From: Mytilus californianus | Taxonomy: Eukaryota | Assembly (NCBI RefSeq): GCF_021869535.1 | Contig: NW_026262679.1 | Coordinates: 117,924,001-117,988,000, forward strand | DNA: 64,000 nucleotides | Reading direction: 5' to 3' | Shown here: in pieces, positions 24,204 through 39,141 of the stretch | Position numbering within the stretch: position 1 is the first letter of the stretch | Layout of the letters: every line of letters begins with the position of its first letter | The notes under the pieces: generated by a model | What the model was told of the DNA's origin: nothing | Database searches by the model: none | Seen by the model: the letters and a program-made list of their open reading frames with translations, nothing else | Program-made: the position numbers and the translations under genes

Positions 24204-26008
24204 TTCCAACCAAATAGAAAACACTGAAACTCAAAATTGATCAAACGCTTGAAGGAAAGTATTTATTTTGTCTAATATCCTCGGAAACAAAAGCAACTTT
24301 TAATTAGTAAAACGTTTATTATTTCTTTGAGATAGAAATAATTTAAGACTTCTATATACTTCTTTTTTCTTTCAAAACTTCCATCTTTCAATTATAAAAA
24401 AATCATAATAACAGTAGAAATACAGAATTCATTAATATTCGTTAGTTAACAGAAAATATAAGTTTTTGATTTATTTTTACAAATGAAAAACGTTGAGGAA
24501 AAATACGGTCGACAGCAAAATAAACCTGGAATAATAACATATTTAGGTTTCCCATCGTATTAAATGGACAAATTCTCAACCGTTTTGACGTTTTAAGTAA
24601 TACAAACATTTATTTAACAATCTATGATAAAATGCCTACATATATTAAAATTGAACATAATTTTAAGATACGTGCTAGAATTGAAAATAAGGTGACGTTA
24701 GTATACACGGTGAGTAAAGGTGATACAAATGTAACCTGATTGAGGAATGGACATGTTCTCATTCGGTTATTCTGCTTTCTATCAACAATAGAAGCAGGTA
24801 TTTATTTGTGTGTCAGATATTTATTCAAGGGCTTCTTTTGAAGGATATTTTTATTAAAAGTATTGAAACATTTAAATTATACATTATACAGAAAAATCAA
24901 ACACCATTTTTCCTTCCTTGGTTCTGGTGTAGATTTCATTATTCCGTTGTAAGAGAAAACAATTTCATTTACCGTACACGTATTCATAAATAAAACATAA
25001 AACGATTCATTCATTTAATTCACAGTGGGTGCATAAGCCAATAATCTCTTTGATCCATTCAGTGTTAAAACATGTGTCATTTGTGTTGTACCAATTTAAT
25101 CAGAATTTGTATTTTGTGGTCATTAAGTTACAACTTGATTTGTGTTTTATATCCGTATTATAGATAACATTGATTAATCATTTTTGTTCGACCATAAAAT
25201 ATATACGGATTAAAAACAGTGATATCCATGTGTTAGTCGTAAGAGTATGTCAGAGTGTTTCTATACATATCAAATCTTATATGTATATTGTTTGAGAAAC
25301 ATAAAGCTGTAATATCGAACTGAGCGAGCTGTGGCAAAGCCATTGCAAAGAAAGTGAAACCATGCATGAAAACATAATGTAGGAAGCAACATAACATATT
25401 ACATGTATCTTATTTCTAATGGGCTCCGCAATAATGATTTTCCGTAGTTTTTCGTTCGTCGTTCTCTGACGTCATTTATAAGCTTGATTTTTGGCCAGTG
25501 TTCGGTATTTTTAAAAGTAGCCTTCAATCCTCTTGCGATCTACCCTATAACAGAACTTATTAATAAATTTGAAAACCTATCTGTAACAGTTTTTAATCTT
25601 TTACTAAACTGACAATTCTCCATTCTTGAATTTTTAAAACATACACGTTCTTAATATGAATTTTCTTGCCAATGCTTGCAACGAAAATAATAATTGATAT
25701 AAAAAAATCCTATATAATTGAATCTTTTTCTCTCTGTAATGTTTGTGTTTCATCTTAATTTATTACAACTGTAAATAATTATGAATTCCAAATCAAAATA
25801 ATATGCCACCATTAACATGAATTAGCACAATTACACAACAGGTGGTTTTATTTTAGGGTAAACAGAACCTATCTAGTGCTTTAATATTTGATGTCTGAAA
25901 AAGTTTCAATCCAGTAGTCATTTAAAAAAGCTGAATTATTATCACTATCTTTATTTCAAAAAACCTACAACTAGTACGGTAACAAGTAATGTAAATTTAA
26001 AAATTTAA

Positions 26009-29000
26009 TGGACCGAAATACCTCACGGCTAAATTTGGTCTTATTTTGAAGATAAGTATAATACCCTTTGATTAAGGCATGTCGTAGAGTGCCAAAGTGG
26101 TGCAGATGTTTGAAAACTGTGGTCAAAGGTCAAAAGGGGGGATTTTAAAAAAATCGCAATTTTTTGACATTTTGGACAATTTCTCGGTAGTCCCTCATGA
26201 TAAATGAGAAAAAAATTATATGGAATCATGCTCTGGGAGTGTTGCACAAATTCAGCTTGTCATATTTATGCCAGTAGTGATAAATACCCCCGCATCCAAC
26301 ATGGAAGAAAATGATAAAAATTATCTTTATCTACAGAAATTATCGACAAAAAATATTTATATTTAATATTTAGCTGTGTAATAATATATGACAACATATA
26401 AAGATATTTTTGGGAAAGTTTTGTTAACATGCCATAAAGAACAAAGGAGAAATAAGTACAGTATAATTAACACCCGGTCCATGATTCAATGAAAAAATGA
26501 TGAAATTCATTATTATTTTTTTAAACCCAAAAGAATGTTGGAACTATAAAAAATAGTCTTGATGCATAAATGTTAGCATGAACACGATAGTATATGCATT
26601 TTATTTTATGTTAATAGGTCAATCAGTACGAGAGCAATATCATATCGAAAATGTGTGTCCCCTTTTTTATAAAACAACACGAACAATGGAATAGAGAGCA
26701 TACTCTTGACATAAATCGATTTTAAAGCACGATATATATCAAACAAACACGATTCACAGAGATTATGATAAAAATGAAGATATTTGTGTATATTTCTGTA
26801 ACACTTGACATCAATATGCACGTCCATTTGAAGTGGTAACGGAAAACTAAGACAAAAATGTATCGATTTGATGTCATGTTATAATTTCAAAATATTCGAC
26901 AAAGTCTTCAGTTGGTTTACAAGCCCACCAACCACGTCAAGGTCGGAAAAATCATTTTATATTTCTTTTTTTTATTTTTTGTTAAGAGAGAAAACCTCCC
27001 TATACACGTCAAGTAAAAAAAGCCACTTGCAGCAAACACATGACTTATTGGACATTAAGATTAAAACTTATTCACCATCCTCATCGTTGCAATCTTCTAA
27101 CAGTCTGATGAGTAAGCTGGTTTCTACAATCATCACTGCCCTGACAACCACAAATGCTTGTGCATGACAAATTTTGTTCATAGCATACACACGATTTGCT
27201 ACAAATAGTTTTGCCTTTGCATGTGCAAACAAGCTCCTGTAGAAAGTCGGAAGACATTAGCCCTTCAAAATATACTTGATTTATGGAGCTATTCCCATTG
27301 TCCTTCCATATTCCAGAGGTGATCTAAGTGGTGTTTTGGCGATATGAGCATTCATCCAGACTAACACTTGTAGTGAAACTCTAAAAATGTGTTCTCTGAA
27401 TGATGCCTCTGAAGGAGGTAGTCACACTAAAGAAGCATCCTTAGATAGCGCTGACTTCACTATCAATTTATTAAGATCAGCATGTACTGATTGAGCCTTG
27501 CCTTTGGGGTCATATAGATCAGCGATAAATTGTCTTCCCACTGCAATAGATGTTTCAATATCAGAACCAGCTAGATTTGTCAATTCCGAAGAAAGAAGAC
27601 GTCGTATCGCATCCCGTTAGAGTGTGAGCAGCTGGTAGGGTGCTAGACATCACTGGTCCAATAACATTGCATATGTCGTGTACATGTATAAACAACCTTG
27701 CGTCTTTGATTGAAGAAACCTCAGTGTACGACCCGCAAAAGCCATGTGAATGTAAAGTTTCAATAAGATTTTTCGAACCATATTCATGATGCAGCTGAAG
27801 AGCCAGTGCTAAACTAAAAGAGGTGTCCTGGTTTTTATGCAGGGATATCACACACTCAGTTAAAGCAATACATTTCCGTACAGTATCACATGGGAGTGAA
27901 TTGTAATCATTCTTCATTCAAAATGAAAACATTTGTCATCTATTAACCTGGCAAGAAAATTTATCAAAGAGGTAGGTATAAATTGTAAAGCTGTAGGGAT
28001 AGAAACTTATGAAGGAGATGAATAATATTCATTTGAAATTTTGAGCGATCGTAAACTGCTTCTCAAACTTTTTGACGCATCATGAAGGGTCTGATCTTCC
28101 TGATGTATGGAATCATTTACAAAACGAAATGCTTTCTTTTTCACAAACAGATCATCGTGTAGACTTTCTGGAAAGGAATGTCATGCTCCGACTAATTTGA
28201 AGCATCATAATAAAGTTCCGTTTTCAAGTTCAGCATGTGGTTAGTAATGCATGCTGAATGACACAGTGCCGCGCTTGTCCTTGAAGTTATCTATAGAAAG
28301 TAAACTTACCATTGGATAGTCAGACTTGTCTTTTGCGGCATTTAAGATATTATCGGCACTTTCAATAGATTCGCTTTAATTGCTGATCTCGCTTGAATGA
28401 CTTTTGTCTACAGAATTCAATAAACATTTAGACCACTGTAATGGTAATGCCATAGAGCGTGTTTTAACGCAATTTGATTCATACACGGAATGTTTTGCAC
28501 TCGCTGTTGAGAATTGGTCTTTCCCTAATTGAAACGTTTCCAATTTTTTTTTCTACTTGGATAGGCTTTATAACACGACCTATGATACTTTATTTGTTCT
28601 AATGGATTCATTTTGGTTGAATCAAATTCATCATAAAGGCGGCGATAAACAGTACCCTGTCTCACATCTATTGCATTTAAAAGAGTATTTTACCCTTTTT
28701 CTGTTGTATTCGTTTGCAGAAATTTGGCAAATAACGCATTTTCATTTTCGGCATTTAGTGAGCAAATTTAACAGGACTCATGTCCATTATTTTCCGGGGT
28801 TTTTTCTCGGCGGTGTACCAATGTGGTCTAAAATTAGTCTATTCGAAAAACTCAACAAGAAAATAAAACACCTCAAAAGTTACTAAAACATAAAATCTGT
28901 ACTAAGTCAAAAATCTAGACACAAGCATTGATAAAAATCTATATTAAATACGAAAATAAAGAAAATACACAGTTTAATTCTTTGTAAAAACACAGCAAAT

Positions 29001-29555
29001 CATAAGTCAAGGGAAAATAGGAAAAGGGAGCGCAACAAGACTTATTGAGGTGAAAATTGAATAGTAAAACTGCTTTATGATGAATATTATAAAAAGGCCC
29101 GTAAAAGTAAATTTGTATGCTTTCTTAAACTTTTACTATTATTAAAACTTCTTGCATATTGGTTGTTCATCTATTTTTTGGGCAAATTGACTACTGGTAA
29201 TATATATAAGAAAAGTAACATACTTTGACAGACGGTAAGATTGAAAAAAATGTCACATACATTTGAAAATCGTCCAATTTACTCAATTCATATGTTCATG
29301 TGATATTAAAGTTTGATGTTGAATAAAAGCTGACACATAACTGTTTCATTTGATAACAACTGTTTGATGGTTTATTCATTCGGGAATTTATTATAAGCGT
29401 TCCCGAGTTTGAAAATGAAAAATAAAAAAATCGGAAAGTCACACTTTATCGCAATTTTACAAAAAACTGCACCGTGGGAAAACTAGGGCTAAAATGAAAG
29501 TATAATGTTTACTCTATCTGCATGTGAATTTTCAGCCGTGAGGTATTTCGGTCCA
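26009..29555 (-). mobile_element. Internally deleted Academ-type DNA transposon (~3.55 kb)
   Basis: Perfect 27 bp inverted repeat at 26004-26030 and 29534-29560 (TG...CA termini with TTAA on both sides if the outer bases are TSD), enclosing transposase remnants. Confidence 0.8.
27060..28500 (-). pseudogene. Academ transposase remnant (XPG-like GCDT motif and C-terminal Cys-rich domain)
   Basis: LALQLHHEYGSKNLIETLHSHGFCGSYTEV, LPAAHTLTGCDTTSSFFGI, LPPSEASFREHIFRVSLQVLVW and CTCKGKTICSKSCVCYEQNLSCTSICGCQGSDDCRN, with frameshifts and stops. Confidence 0.8.
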
Positions 29556-30340
29556 TTAAACTCTTTAAATAAGCGACTTTTTCTTGATTTGTCACTCTAC
29601 TAAACGCCTTCCTTCGACAAAAAAGACAATTCTCACATCAAATTATTATTTTTAACAAACTGAACTCGGAAACATTTATTTTGAGTAAAACTGCAGATGT
29701 GTTCCAAATGTTTCTCTCTTTTCTGATTATCACGCAGTTTTCGCGAGTAGCAACTATTCTTTTTTTTTTAATATTACAGTTGATGTTATGATAATTTAGA
29801 ATTTTATTAATGATTGTCTAATTTCTTATCGTTAAATACTTATCTCCATAAAGAATTATGCAAAATGAGAAATGAGAATAAAAACTTCTCTGATTTTTAT
29901 ATTTTAATTTATTTCTAAGACTGATAATCTTCATAAGATGAGTTCGGCTTGTAACATAGACGTTCAGGTACAAATATTATGTTAAATGCCTTAATGAAAC
30001 ATGGCATGACTGACTTGGCATAGATTACTGTTACGTCAATTCATAGAGGAAAGAAAACAATAAAATATATTCTATATAAAATAGAAAAGATTATCTAGAT
30101 GTTTTCGTGTTCCAGTTTTCTTAGTGTTGTTGCTCTTCTTTATTGGAGCAAAGTTGAAAGTTTAAAATATCATTAATTTAGACAGATCTTCTTTTTAAAG
30201 AATTTTTCAATTTATGGTGATATTTACCACCGGTACTTTGACCAGGTGTGTAATGCTACTTACAAATCATACATAATCAGTATTGTCTGAATAATAGTAC
30301 AGGTTTATTCTACAGTTCATAGCAAAACAATACAAATTAA

Positions 30341-30953
30341 GGTAGATGGGGTGTCTAAATTATAATCCATAGAATTTTTTAATAATTTGCCAAAATGTAG
30401 TTTATATCATGCTTTTTTGAAAAAAATAATAAAAAGAATGGGTCACGGGGCTTATTTTCACGCTACAGGATGTGCAAAATTGACAGATTTTGTATAGATT
30501 ATGCATGGAAAACGCAATATTCTGCCATAAAACGAAAACTATACCATAGAATTTTGAGATAAAATATGAGAAGATAGCTCTAATATTATACTTTCAGATT
30601 AGAAAAAGAAAAAATGGGATCACCGGGCCCGTTTTCTTGCTACATAATAAAATAGATAAATTCCTAACACATTCTATTGTAAAAGTAACTTTATCTGAAT
30701 TATCTGCCCTTACATTTGAGTTGCCTCCCCTTATGTGGCAAAGTTGGAAAAAATTGAATCAAACAAAAGTATTCTGTTTTTTTGTAAAATACAACCATAA
30801 ATATAATAAAACATGTCATTTTCTATATTAAAATGAAAATTCTTACACATGAATTACCCACTACTCTCAAAATTTGCACATTTTATTAAAGGTCTAGACC
30901 GATTTTTTTCTGGTATTTCAAAATCCAAGATGGAGGAAGACACCCTATCTACC
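30341..30953. mobile_element. Kolobok-type MITE (613 bp)
   Basis: TTAA|GGTAGATGGGGTGTCT...AGACACCCTATCTACC|TTAA (15/16 TIR). Confidence 0.9.
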
Positions 30954-33913
30954 TTAAGCGAATACTAACGAGATTGATCAAAAGAACATTTCTATATGTT
31001 TTGGTTTGTTTCATAGCTCATTATTTAGTAAGAAGGACCTTTCATAACTGATGACTTTTCTATTAACCTTCCCCTTTACGCTTACTTAACTGATTTAGAG
31101 ACATCTTCAGTCCCAATACAACACTTCGAGCAAAGAGAAATCACAAAAATGATATATAGTACCGTCTATACTTAATATACTTTAAAAATTATATTTCACT
31201 GCTCCATTTTCACATTCATTGAACAAATTCACAAAATGAATAACACTTTTGATTTATCAGACGAGTTTTAAAAAATGCATATTCCGTTATTGAAAAATAA
31301 TAGTAGACTGTTTTAAATTGTTTCGGTTTTCAAATTAACAAGTCAAGTAAAGTTATAGGATTTCTTTTCTTTGTTTTCCTTATTTTTCTGTTTGCTGATC
31401 TGTTTTTATCTGTTATCGACGTTATATCAAAGATGATCTTTACATATATTTGTTACAACAATTTAAAACATTAATAAGACACCGATGTTCTCTCTATCAG
31501 TTGGAAGCATCATGGAGTGATGATGTAAACTTCAAGATTTTGTGATATCTGTTGCCTGTCAATCTTAACATATTTAGTGAGATTCCAACCTTTACTTACT
31601 AATAGGTATAACATTTTCTAATGTTTGCTAAATACCAATTAAAACATAGAAACAACTAACAACAAAGCAACAGAACTGTTGCCATGACTCAACTTAAAAT
31701 TAAGAATATCGATTCACTAAAAAATAAAACTGTTTTTTTTTTAATATCGGATACAGAATTGAAAAGGTTGCTGATCTTAATTTTCAGAATTAACCGTATG
31801 TCATGTTCAGTTAATATTGACATAATATTTCATATTCATGTTTTAAAGGAGGGTATCGTCAATAAAATAAGATGCATCTCTATACGCATCTAAAATCTAA
31901 ATAAATAATCAATGCTGTATTGTCACCATTATCAAACGAACAACATAGTTTTGATTTTGAAAACTACCCCAATACTTAAATAAGACCCTGAGAGGGTTGT
32001 TGTGAACATTATCCATAAAAAATAAAACAGATTAATAAAAAAAATAGGACCAAACTGTAAACTTCAACACTAACCTAAATTAGAATAGGACCAAATGTTA
32101 TATTATAACATTTATTTAACCTAAATTATAAATATATGTTGACATGATATTCTGACAGAGTCTTAAAAGTCGGCATGACATTCTTTTAACAGGTTGACAC
32201 GACATTCTGACATTGTCTTAACTTAGATTGACATTCTAATAACAGGTTGAAATGTCTATCTAGTAATGTCCTAAGTTGGACTCTTTCAATATGTTGACCT
32301 ATTAATCCGACTGTATACTAGGATGACGGAATTTTTGTTATTCTTATACCGAGTGTTTCTGTCATTGTGATAAACTTACTGGTAGACAGAAAGTTCTTAA
32401 GTTAGTATTCTGATCTCCATTATGAAGTTTAAATCGTCTGATAGTGATGTACTGTTTATCAATAGAAGTTCTATATTTTATTTTAATAGCTAGGTTTATG
32501 TCTTAGAACTGTTTATCAATACAAGTCATGAAATTAAGTTAGATGACTTGGCTTAACTGAAAATCTGAAATAAAGTTATCTCAATATGATTTGTTCATTC
32601 AAATGGATGCATTGTTTAACTGTCAATCTGGCTGTATACTGATCATCACAGGCAATTGACAAGACGACGGGTGCAAAATGAAAAGTCGGATAGGCTAACC
32701 CTTATGAAACCCCTAATATTACTCACAGTTTCCATAAATCTTGATGTACTTAGCTTTTGAATATATTTTTGGTTTTCGCCGTTCGTCTTTGGATGATTTT
32801 GTTGATAAGTACTCCTGTCACGTACGTTTTGATTTACATGTATATCGTTCACATATTGTCTTTTAAATTGTAACCTCTTATCCCCATTCTCTCTAGTAGA
32901 TTAGGTATTTCCTATAAGTTTTTTGTCGTATAAGATGTATTACTAAAAGGCAAATAACATTATTTCTGTTACGAATAAATCGTCCGCGACATATAGTCGT
33001 ATAAATCATTAATAAAAAGATGGAAGTATTGTACTAGTAACGAATAGGCTTTAAATAAAAGATACAACATAGTTTCCACCTGGCGTGGATAAATGAAAGA
33101 CTGTTAATAGTAACTATCTTATATTAGGTAACTATAGGAATCTTACATAAAAGTTGGTATTCAAGTAAAAATATACAAGATCAATACAAATGTTACTTTA
33201 ATGCAATCTGACTCAAATGCGACTTTTCACATAGTATTGTTGTCATGAACCCTACATTGATATAGGGTTGCCTAATGAACAACAATTTAGATCAAAACAT
33301 CGAATACACTGATAAAATTAAAACATTTATAGTGATTAAAAGAAAACCTATGTATCCAACACAATCTGATACTTTGATGCTTTTTTTCAAAGAGGAATGT
33401 CAATTATAAAGAAAAATCAAACACAAGTTTTTATTTGAATGTGATCCGACTATTACAGAACTTCAGTTTTGTAAATGCTTATACAAATATGTTTAGTACT
33501 TATGTGTTCTTTTGGATGTTCTAGTTGACTTATTTCTAAATGTAATTAATGAACTAATGAAATATTTATACAACATGTTATAAAATCCTAGCCGTTAATA
33601 TCACATAAAACACTTTTGATCGTTAATATCTGCTAAAATACTTTAAACAAGTTATTAAGTTCAGTATCATAATTAATTTAGAAATGTTCCGAACTTCCAA
33701 ACGTTTCCTTTGTGGGTAATACATGTAATTTAATTGTCGTTCAATTTTATCGTTGAATATCCATTGAAATATCCGAATCATGCACACCGTAAAATGTATA
33801 TGGTTTCCTACACAATATACCGGTTATGTTGAAAATAAATTCTAATTTTTCAATTCATTTAGTGTGATATTTGTTATCTTGTATTTGATACAACTTTATC
33901 AGTGAATGTTATT

Positions 33914-33929
33914 CAGAGGCGGATTGATG

Positions 33930-33963
<34 letters not shown>

Positions 33964-34120
33964 CAGGTTGGGGGTAGGGGAGGGGGCAGGTTTTGAGGGA
34001 AAAATTTGGTTGATTATTTAGGGACCACTGAAGCATGACTGGAGCGGGCCCCCTCTTATGGCAGTCAGTGGGATCCCCCCCCCCCCCCCCCCCCCATGTA
34101 AATTTCTGGATCCGCCACTG
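33914..34120 (-). mobile_element. CAGTGGCGGATCCAG-type MITE with G32 and C21 homopolymers
   Basis: CAGAGGCGGAT (33914) ... TCTGGATCCGCCACTG (34120), with G-run 33931-33962 and C-run 34075-34095. Confidence 0.75.
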
Positions 34121-35404
34121 ATATTTGGATTGCCTGCATGATTTTGCAAGAACCGAAAGAAAAATAGTATATGTACTAAAATTGGTAATAATTGTGTATA
34201 GTATTCTTTCAAAACTGAATGTCTTAATCAAGCAACTTGTACACCATACCTTTTTTCCTAACTTGGTATTATCCGGAGTGTAATCTTCTTGTGAATTGAT
34301 AAAAAAAAACATGCTTTCAACTGAGGGTTTCAAAGAGATTTGTATCATGATTATGACTAAAATGCAATATGTATCTCAAAAATAAAATAAAACAGAATAG
34401 CAAATGATGAATAAACATAAAAACAAACGATTAATTAAACAAAAATATATATTAAGTAAATGGAAGATACACTTACCTAAAGCAGAGCAGATTAATATCC
34501 ATAAACAGATTAATTTACCAGTAAAATTATCTACACATCCATTATTGACTCTCAATTTCAACCACATGTCTTTCCCGTCATTTTAGAACTAACACTCTAT
34601 ATAAAATTGCAATTAATTAATCCAATGAAAATAATGGTAACATAATTAATTACCCGCACAACAGCCAATAAACGGTTATAATGTCCTCAAAGTATAGAGC
34701 AGTTATCAAATATGCGACTGTAGGAAAAATAGTATTTGATTTGGGACATACCACTGTATTGTATTCACTTAACAGTTAGCGTAGGGATTCCTTTTCGATA
34801 TTAGCATTGAACGTGATTTATTAAATAGCGTACATTATATATCTCATCTCTTGGGTAAAAAGATTTCTTATCATTTAACTCCTGTCGTATATGCATTTGC
34901 ATAATTGATGATTTTACTTGTAAAGTTAAACACACTGATTTATACAAGTTAGGACCGACTTTAAAAACGTATATAAAGAAAATGCCTAATGGATTTTTTG
35001 TCAAGATGTGATGGTGTATTTCCTTTAAACCAGGGAATGTATCGTTATTCAAATATTTACTTAGTGATTTAAGTAAAATAAACGCAAATCTGATTTTAAA
35101 TTAATTAGCCATAGGAGATTATAGAGCAATTAAAGTGTAATCCCCTGCATTGTTGTAATCTTAACTCTTTATACAGGTCGAGTTATTTAAATACACATAT
35201 ATTATTAAATAACAGATATATAAAGTATTTGAATAGTCACTTAAGTTAGAATTTATAATAGTAGAAAAGCCTCTGTTGATGTCAAGATAGAAGCCAATGA
35301 GGCAGAGCTATCAAACAAATTTTTGAAAATATAATTTGTTTCCACAAATCCAAGAGTTCTTGATGATAACATAAATTCATCTCTTCAAACATTTTACAGA
35401 CACC

Positions 35405-35512
35405 ATGATAACTTAGGTGGTCTTTACGGGACATCTATGTCATGTATATCCTACATCATCATAACTAAGGTGGTCTTTACGGGATATCTATGTCATGTAT
35501 ATCCTACATTTC
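35405..35512. repeat. ~54 bp tandem duplication
   Basis: CAT.ATAACT.AGGTGGTCTTTACGGGA.ATCTATGTCATGTATATCCTACAT twice. Confidence 0.9.
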
Positions 35513-35559
35513 CTGTTCTTCATTAATCAGCATAGTGACCATATCACAAGTGAACAGGA

Positions 35560-38500
35560 ATAAACACATATCTGAGGGAATAACCAGTAACAGGAATATC
35601 GTCACACCTGACTATTTAATCAGTAGACAGGAAACATGTTACACTTGACTATATAACCAGTAAACAGGAATATTGTCACACCTGACTATATAATCAGTAG
35701 ACAGGAAACACGTTACACTTGACTACATAACCAGTAAACAGGAATATTGTAACACCTGACTATATAATCAGTAGACAGGAAACACGTTACACTTGACTAT
35801 ATAACCAGTAAACAGGAATAAGGTTACGCTTGACTATATAACCAGTTACATGAATATCGTCACACCTGACTATATAATCAGTAGACAGGAAACACGTTAC
35901 ACTTGGCTATATAACCAGTAAATAGGAATAAGGTCACACCTGACTATATAACCAGAAAACAGGAATAACGTCACACCTGACTATAATCAGTAGACAGTAA
36001 AAACGTCACGCTTGACTATATAACCAGAAAACAGGAACAACGTCACACCTGACTATAATCAGTAGACAGTAAAAACGTCACGCTTGACTATATAACCAGT
36101 AAACAGGAATAAAGTCACACTTGACTATATAACCAGTAAACAGGAATAACGTCACCCTTGACTATATAAACAGTAAACAGAAATAACGTCACGCTTGACT
36201 ATATAACCAGTAAACAGGAATAACGCCAACCTTGACCATATAACCAGTAAACAGGAATAACGTCACACTTGACAATATAACCAGTAAACAGGAATAACGT
36301 CACGCTTGACTATATAACCAGTAAACAGGAATAATGTCACACTTGACCATATAACCAGTAAACAGGAATAACGTCACACTTGACTATATAACCAGTAAAC
36401 AGGAATACCGTCACCCTTGACTATATAACCAGTAAACAAGAATAATGTCACATTTGACCATATAACCAGTAAACAGGAATAACGTCACCCTTGACTATAT
36501 AAACAGTAAACAGAAATAACGTCACACTTGACCATATAACCAGTAAACAGGAATAACGTCACACTTGACTATATAACCAGTAAACAGGAATACCGTCACC
36601 CTTGACTATATATCCAGTAACATGAATAACGTCACACTTGACCATATAACCAGTAAACATGAATAACGTCACACTTGACCATATAACCAGTAAACAGGAA
36701 TAACGTCACACTTGACCATATAAACAGTTAACAGAAATAACGTCACACTTGACAATATAACCAGTAAACAGGAATAACGTCACACTTGACTATAAAACCA
36801 GTAAACAGGAATACCGTCACACTTGACTATATAACCAGTAAACAGGAATAACGTCACCCTTGACTATATAACCAGTAAACAGGAATAACTTCACACTTGA
36901 CTATATAACCAGTAAACAGGAATAACGTCACACTTGACCATATAACCAGTAAACAGGAATAACGTCACACTTGACTATATAACCAGTAAACAGGAATACC
37001 GTCACCCTTGACTATATAACCAGTAAACAAGAATAACGTCTCATTTGACCATATAACCAGTAAACAGGAATAACGTCACCCTTGACTATATAAACGGTAA
37101 ACAGAAATAACGTCACACTTGACTATATAACCAGTAAACAAGAATAATGTCACATTTGACTATATAATCAGTAGACAGGAAAAACGTCACGCTTGACTAT
37201 ATAACCAGCAAACAGGAATAACGTCACACTTGACTATATATCCAGTACATAGGAATAAATACACACATGACAAAACAACCAATGAAAAAAAAACTACGTA
37301 CATGGCCATATGACAAGTAAGCAGGAATAACGTCACACTTGATTATATAACCAGTAAAGAGGAATAACGTCACACTTTCAAGTAAACAGGAATAAAGTTA
37401 CACTTGACTATATAACCAGTAAAAATGAATAACGTCATATAACCAGTAAACAGGAATAACGTTACACTTGACAAAATAACCACTTAACAGGAATAACGAC
37501 ACGCCTGTCTAAATCTGTCTATATAACACGTAAACAGGAATAACGTCATACTTGACTTTATAACCAGTAAACAGAAATAATGTCACACTTGACAATATAA
37601 CCACTAAACAGGAATAACGTCACACCTTTCTAACCTGTCTATATAACAAGTAAACAGGAATAACGTCATACTTAACTATATAACCAGTAAACAGGAATGA
37701 AGTCACACTTACAAGTAAACAGGATTAACGTCACACTCGACCGTATAACCAGTAAACAGGAATAACGTCACACTTGACAATATAAACAGTGAAAAAGGAA
37801 ACCCACTTACCTGACCATATAACCTGTGAACAGGAGTAATGTCATTCCTTACTATATAAACAGTAAACAGGAATAACGTAACTGTGACACAGGCCTATAA
37901 AACCAGTAACCAGGAATAAAGTAACACTTGATTATAAAACCAGTAAACAGGAATAACGTCACACCTGTCTATATAACAAATAAACAGGAATAACGTCACA
38001 CTTACAAGTAAACAGTAATGAAGTCACACATGACTATATAATCAGTAAACAGGAATAACGTCACACTTGACAATATAACCAGCAAACAGGAATAACACTA
38101 TACTCGACAATATACCCAGCAACCAAAAATAACATTATACTTGACAAAACAACTAGTGAACAAAGAAAAAACCCACGTATATGACCTTATCGCACCGCGG
38201 GTAAATTATGACGTTGTGATTGGTTGAACGACGTCACGTGGTGACCCCTATGGATCCGTAGGGGGTAAGTAAATTTCATATGGGGTTCATGACGTCACGT
38301 CTACTGTTAATGGTGACGTCATCTATTGATGTTATTGCATTTCATCTTTTATTTTTCTACAAAACGCGGCAGGAAATGTCCCGCATGCGATAAATTCGTT
38401 ATACGGTTCCCTACTGACCCCCTACGGACCATAGAGGGTGAGTAAAATACATAGAAGATTAGGCCTTCGGCCTCACCCCCTATGGATTTTACTAACCCTC

Positions 38501-38800
38501 TATGGATCCGTAGGGAGTCAGTAGCGAACCATATGACTTATAATATAACCAATAAACAGAAATAACGTCACACTTGACAATATAACCACTAAACTGGAAT
38601 AACGCCACACTTAACAATATAACGAGTAAATTGGAATAACCATTTATCTGACCATATAACCGGTATATAGGAAATACCATACGCCTGATTACATAACCAC
38701 TGAACATGAATTAGTACGCGCCTGAACTTATAGTAAGTAAATACAAATAACCCAACTTATAGCCAGTAAACAGGAATAACCACACACCTATTCTAAACCA
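35560..38800. repeat. 37 bp satellite array (main block)
   Basis: Unit ATAACCAGTAAACAGGAATAACGTCACACTTGACTAT (period 37 at 36244/36281), interrupted at 38187-38541. Confidence 0.95.
38187..38541. mobile_element. Palindrome-plus-body element D
   Basis: The body is bounded by TTATCGCACCGCGGG (38187-38201) and CCCGCATGCGATAA (38380-38393). Palindrome arms at 38401-38454 and 38480-38534 surround AGGCC-TTC-GGCCT (38461-38473). TTAT is at both ends. Confidence 0.85.
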
Positions 38801-38826
38801 TACGCAAAAATTGGTAACCACAAACA

Positions 38827-39140
38827 TTATACAATTATGGCCCGCTGAGGAGGTGAATATCCAAATTTTGTTTATCTGACGTTAAGTGACGTCCCACTTT
38901 AAAGGGAGTTAACTCGTGATCATTGAGGTACGACAAGGGTTATTCACCGGGGAATAATAGGGTTGTTCGAGAGGCTTCAATTTGTCGGGGTTATTCATCG
39001 GTGATAATAGGGTTGTTCAATGGAGGCTTCAATTTGTTGGGGTTATTCACCGCTCCTGCCAATTTTTGGAAAAACATCGAAAATAATTTATGACACGTGA
39101 TTCCGTATTAGCCAATCAAATAATTGACAAAATAATTACT
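38827..39140. mobile_element. Probable degenerate member (H) of the palindrome-element class
   Basis: Starts TATACAATTATGGCC (14/15 with the A/B terminus TATACAATTATAGCC). Contains a GGTGAATA...TATTCACC inverted pair, an internal ~50 bp tandem duplication and an AGCCAATCA box. Confidence 0.4.
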
Positions 39141-39141
39141 A

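Noticed and set aside
33899-34348. 149 aa ORF with poly-Gly/poly-Pro
   Set aside because: The low-complexity tracts come from the MITE's G and C homopolymers.
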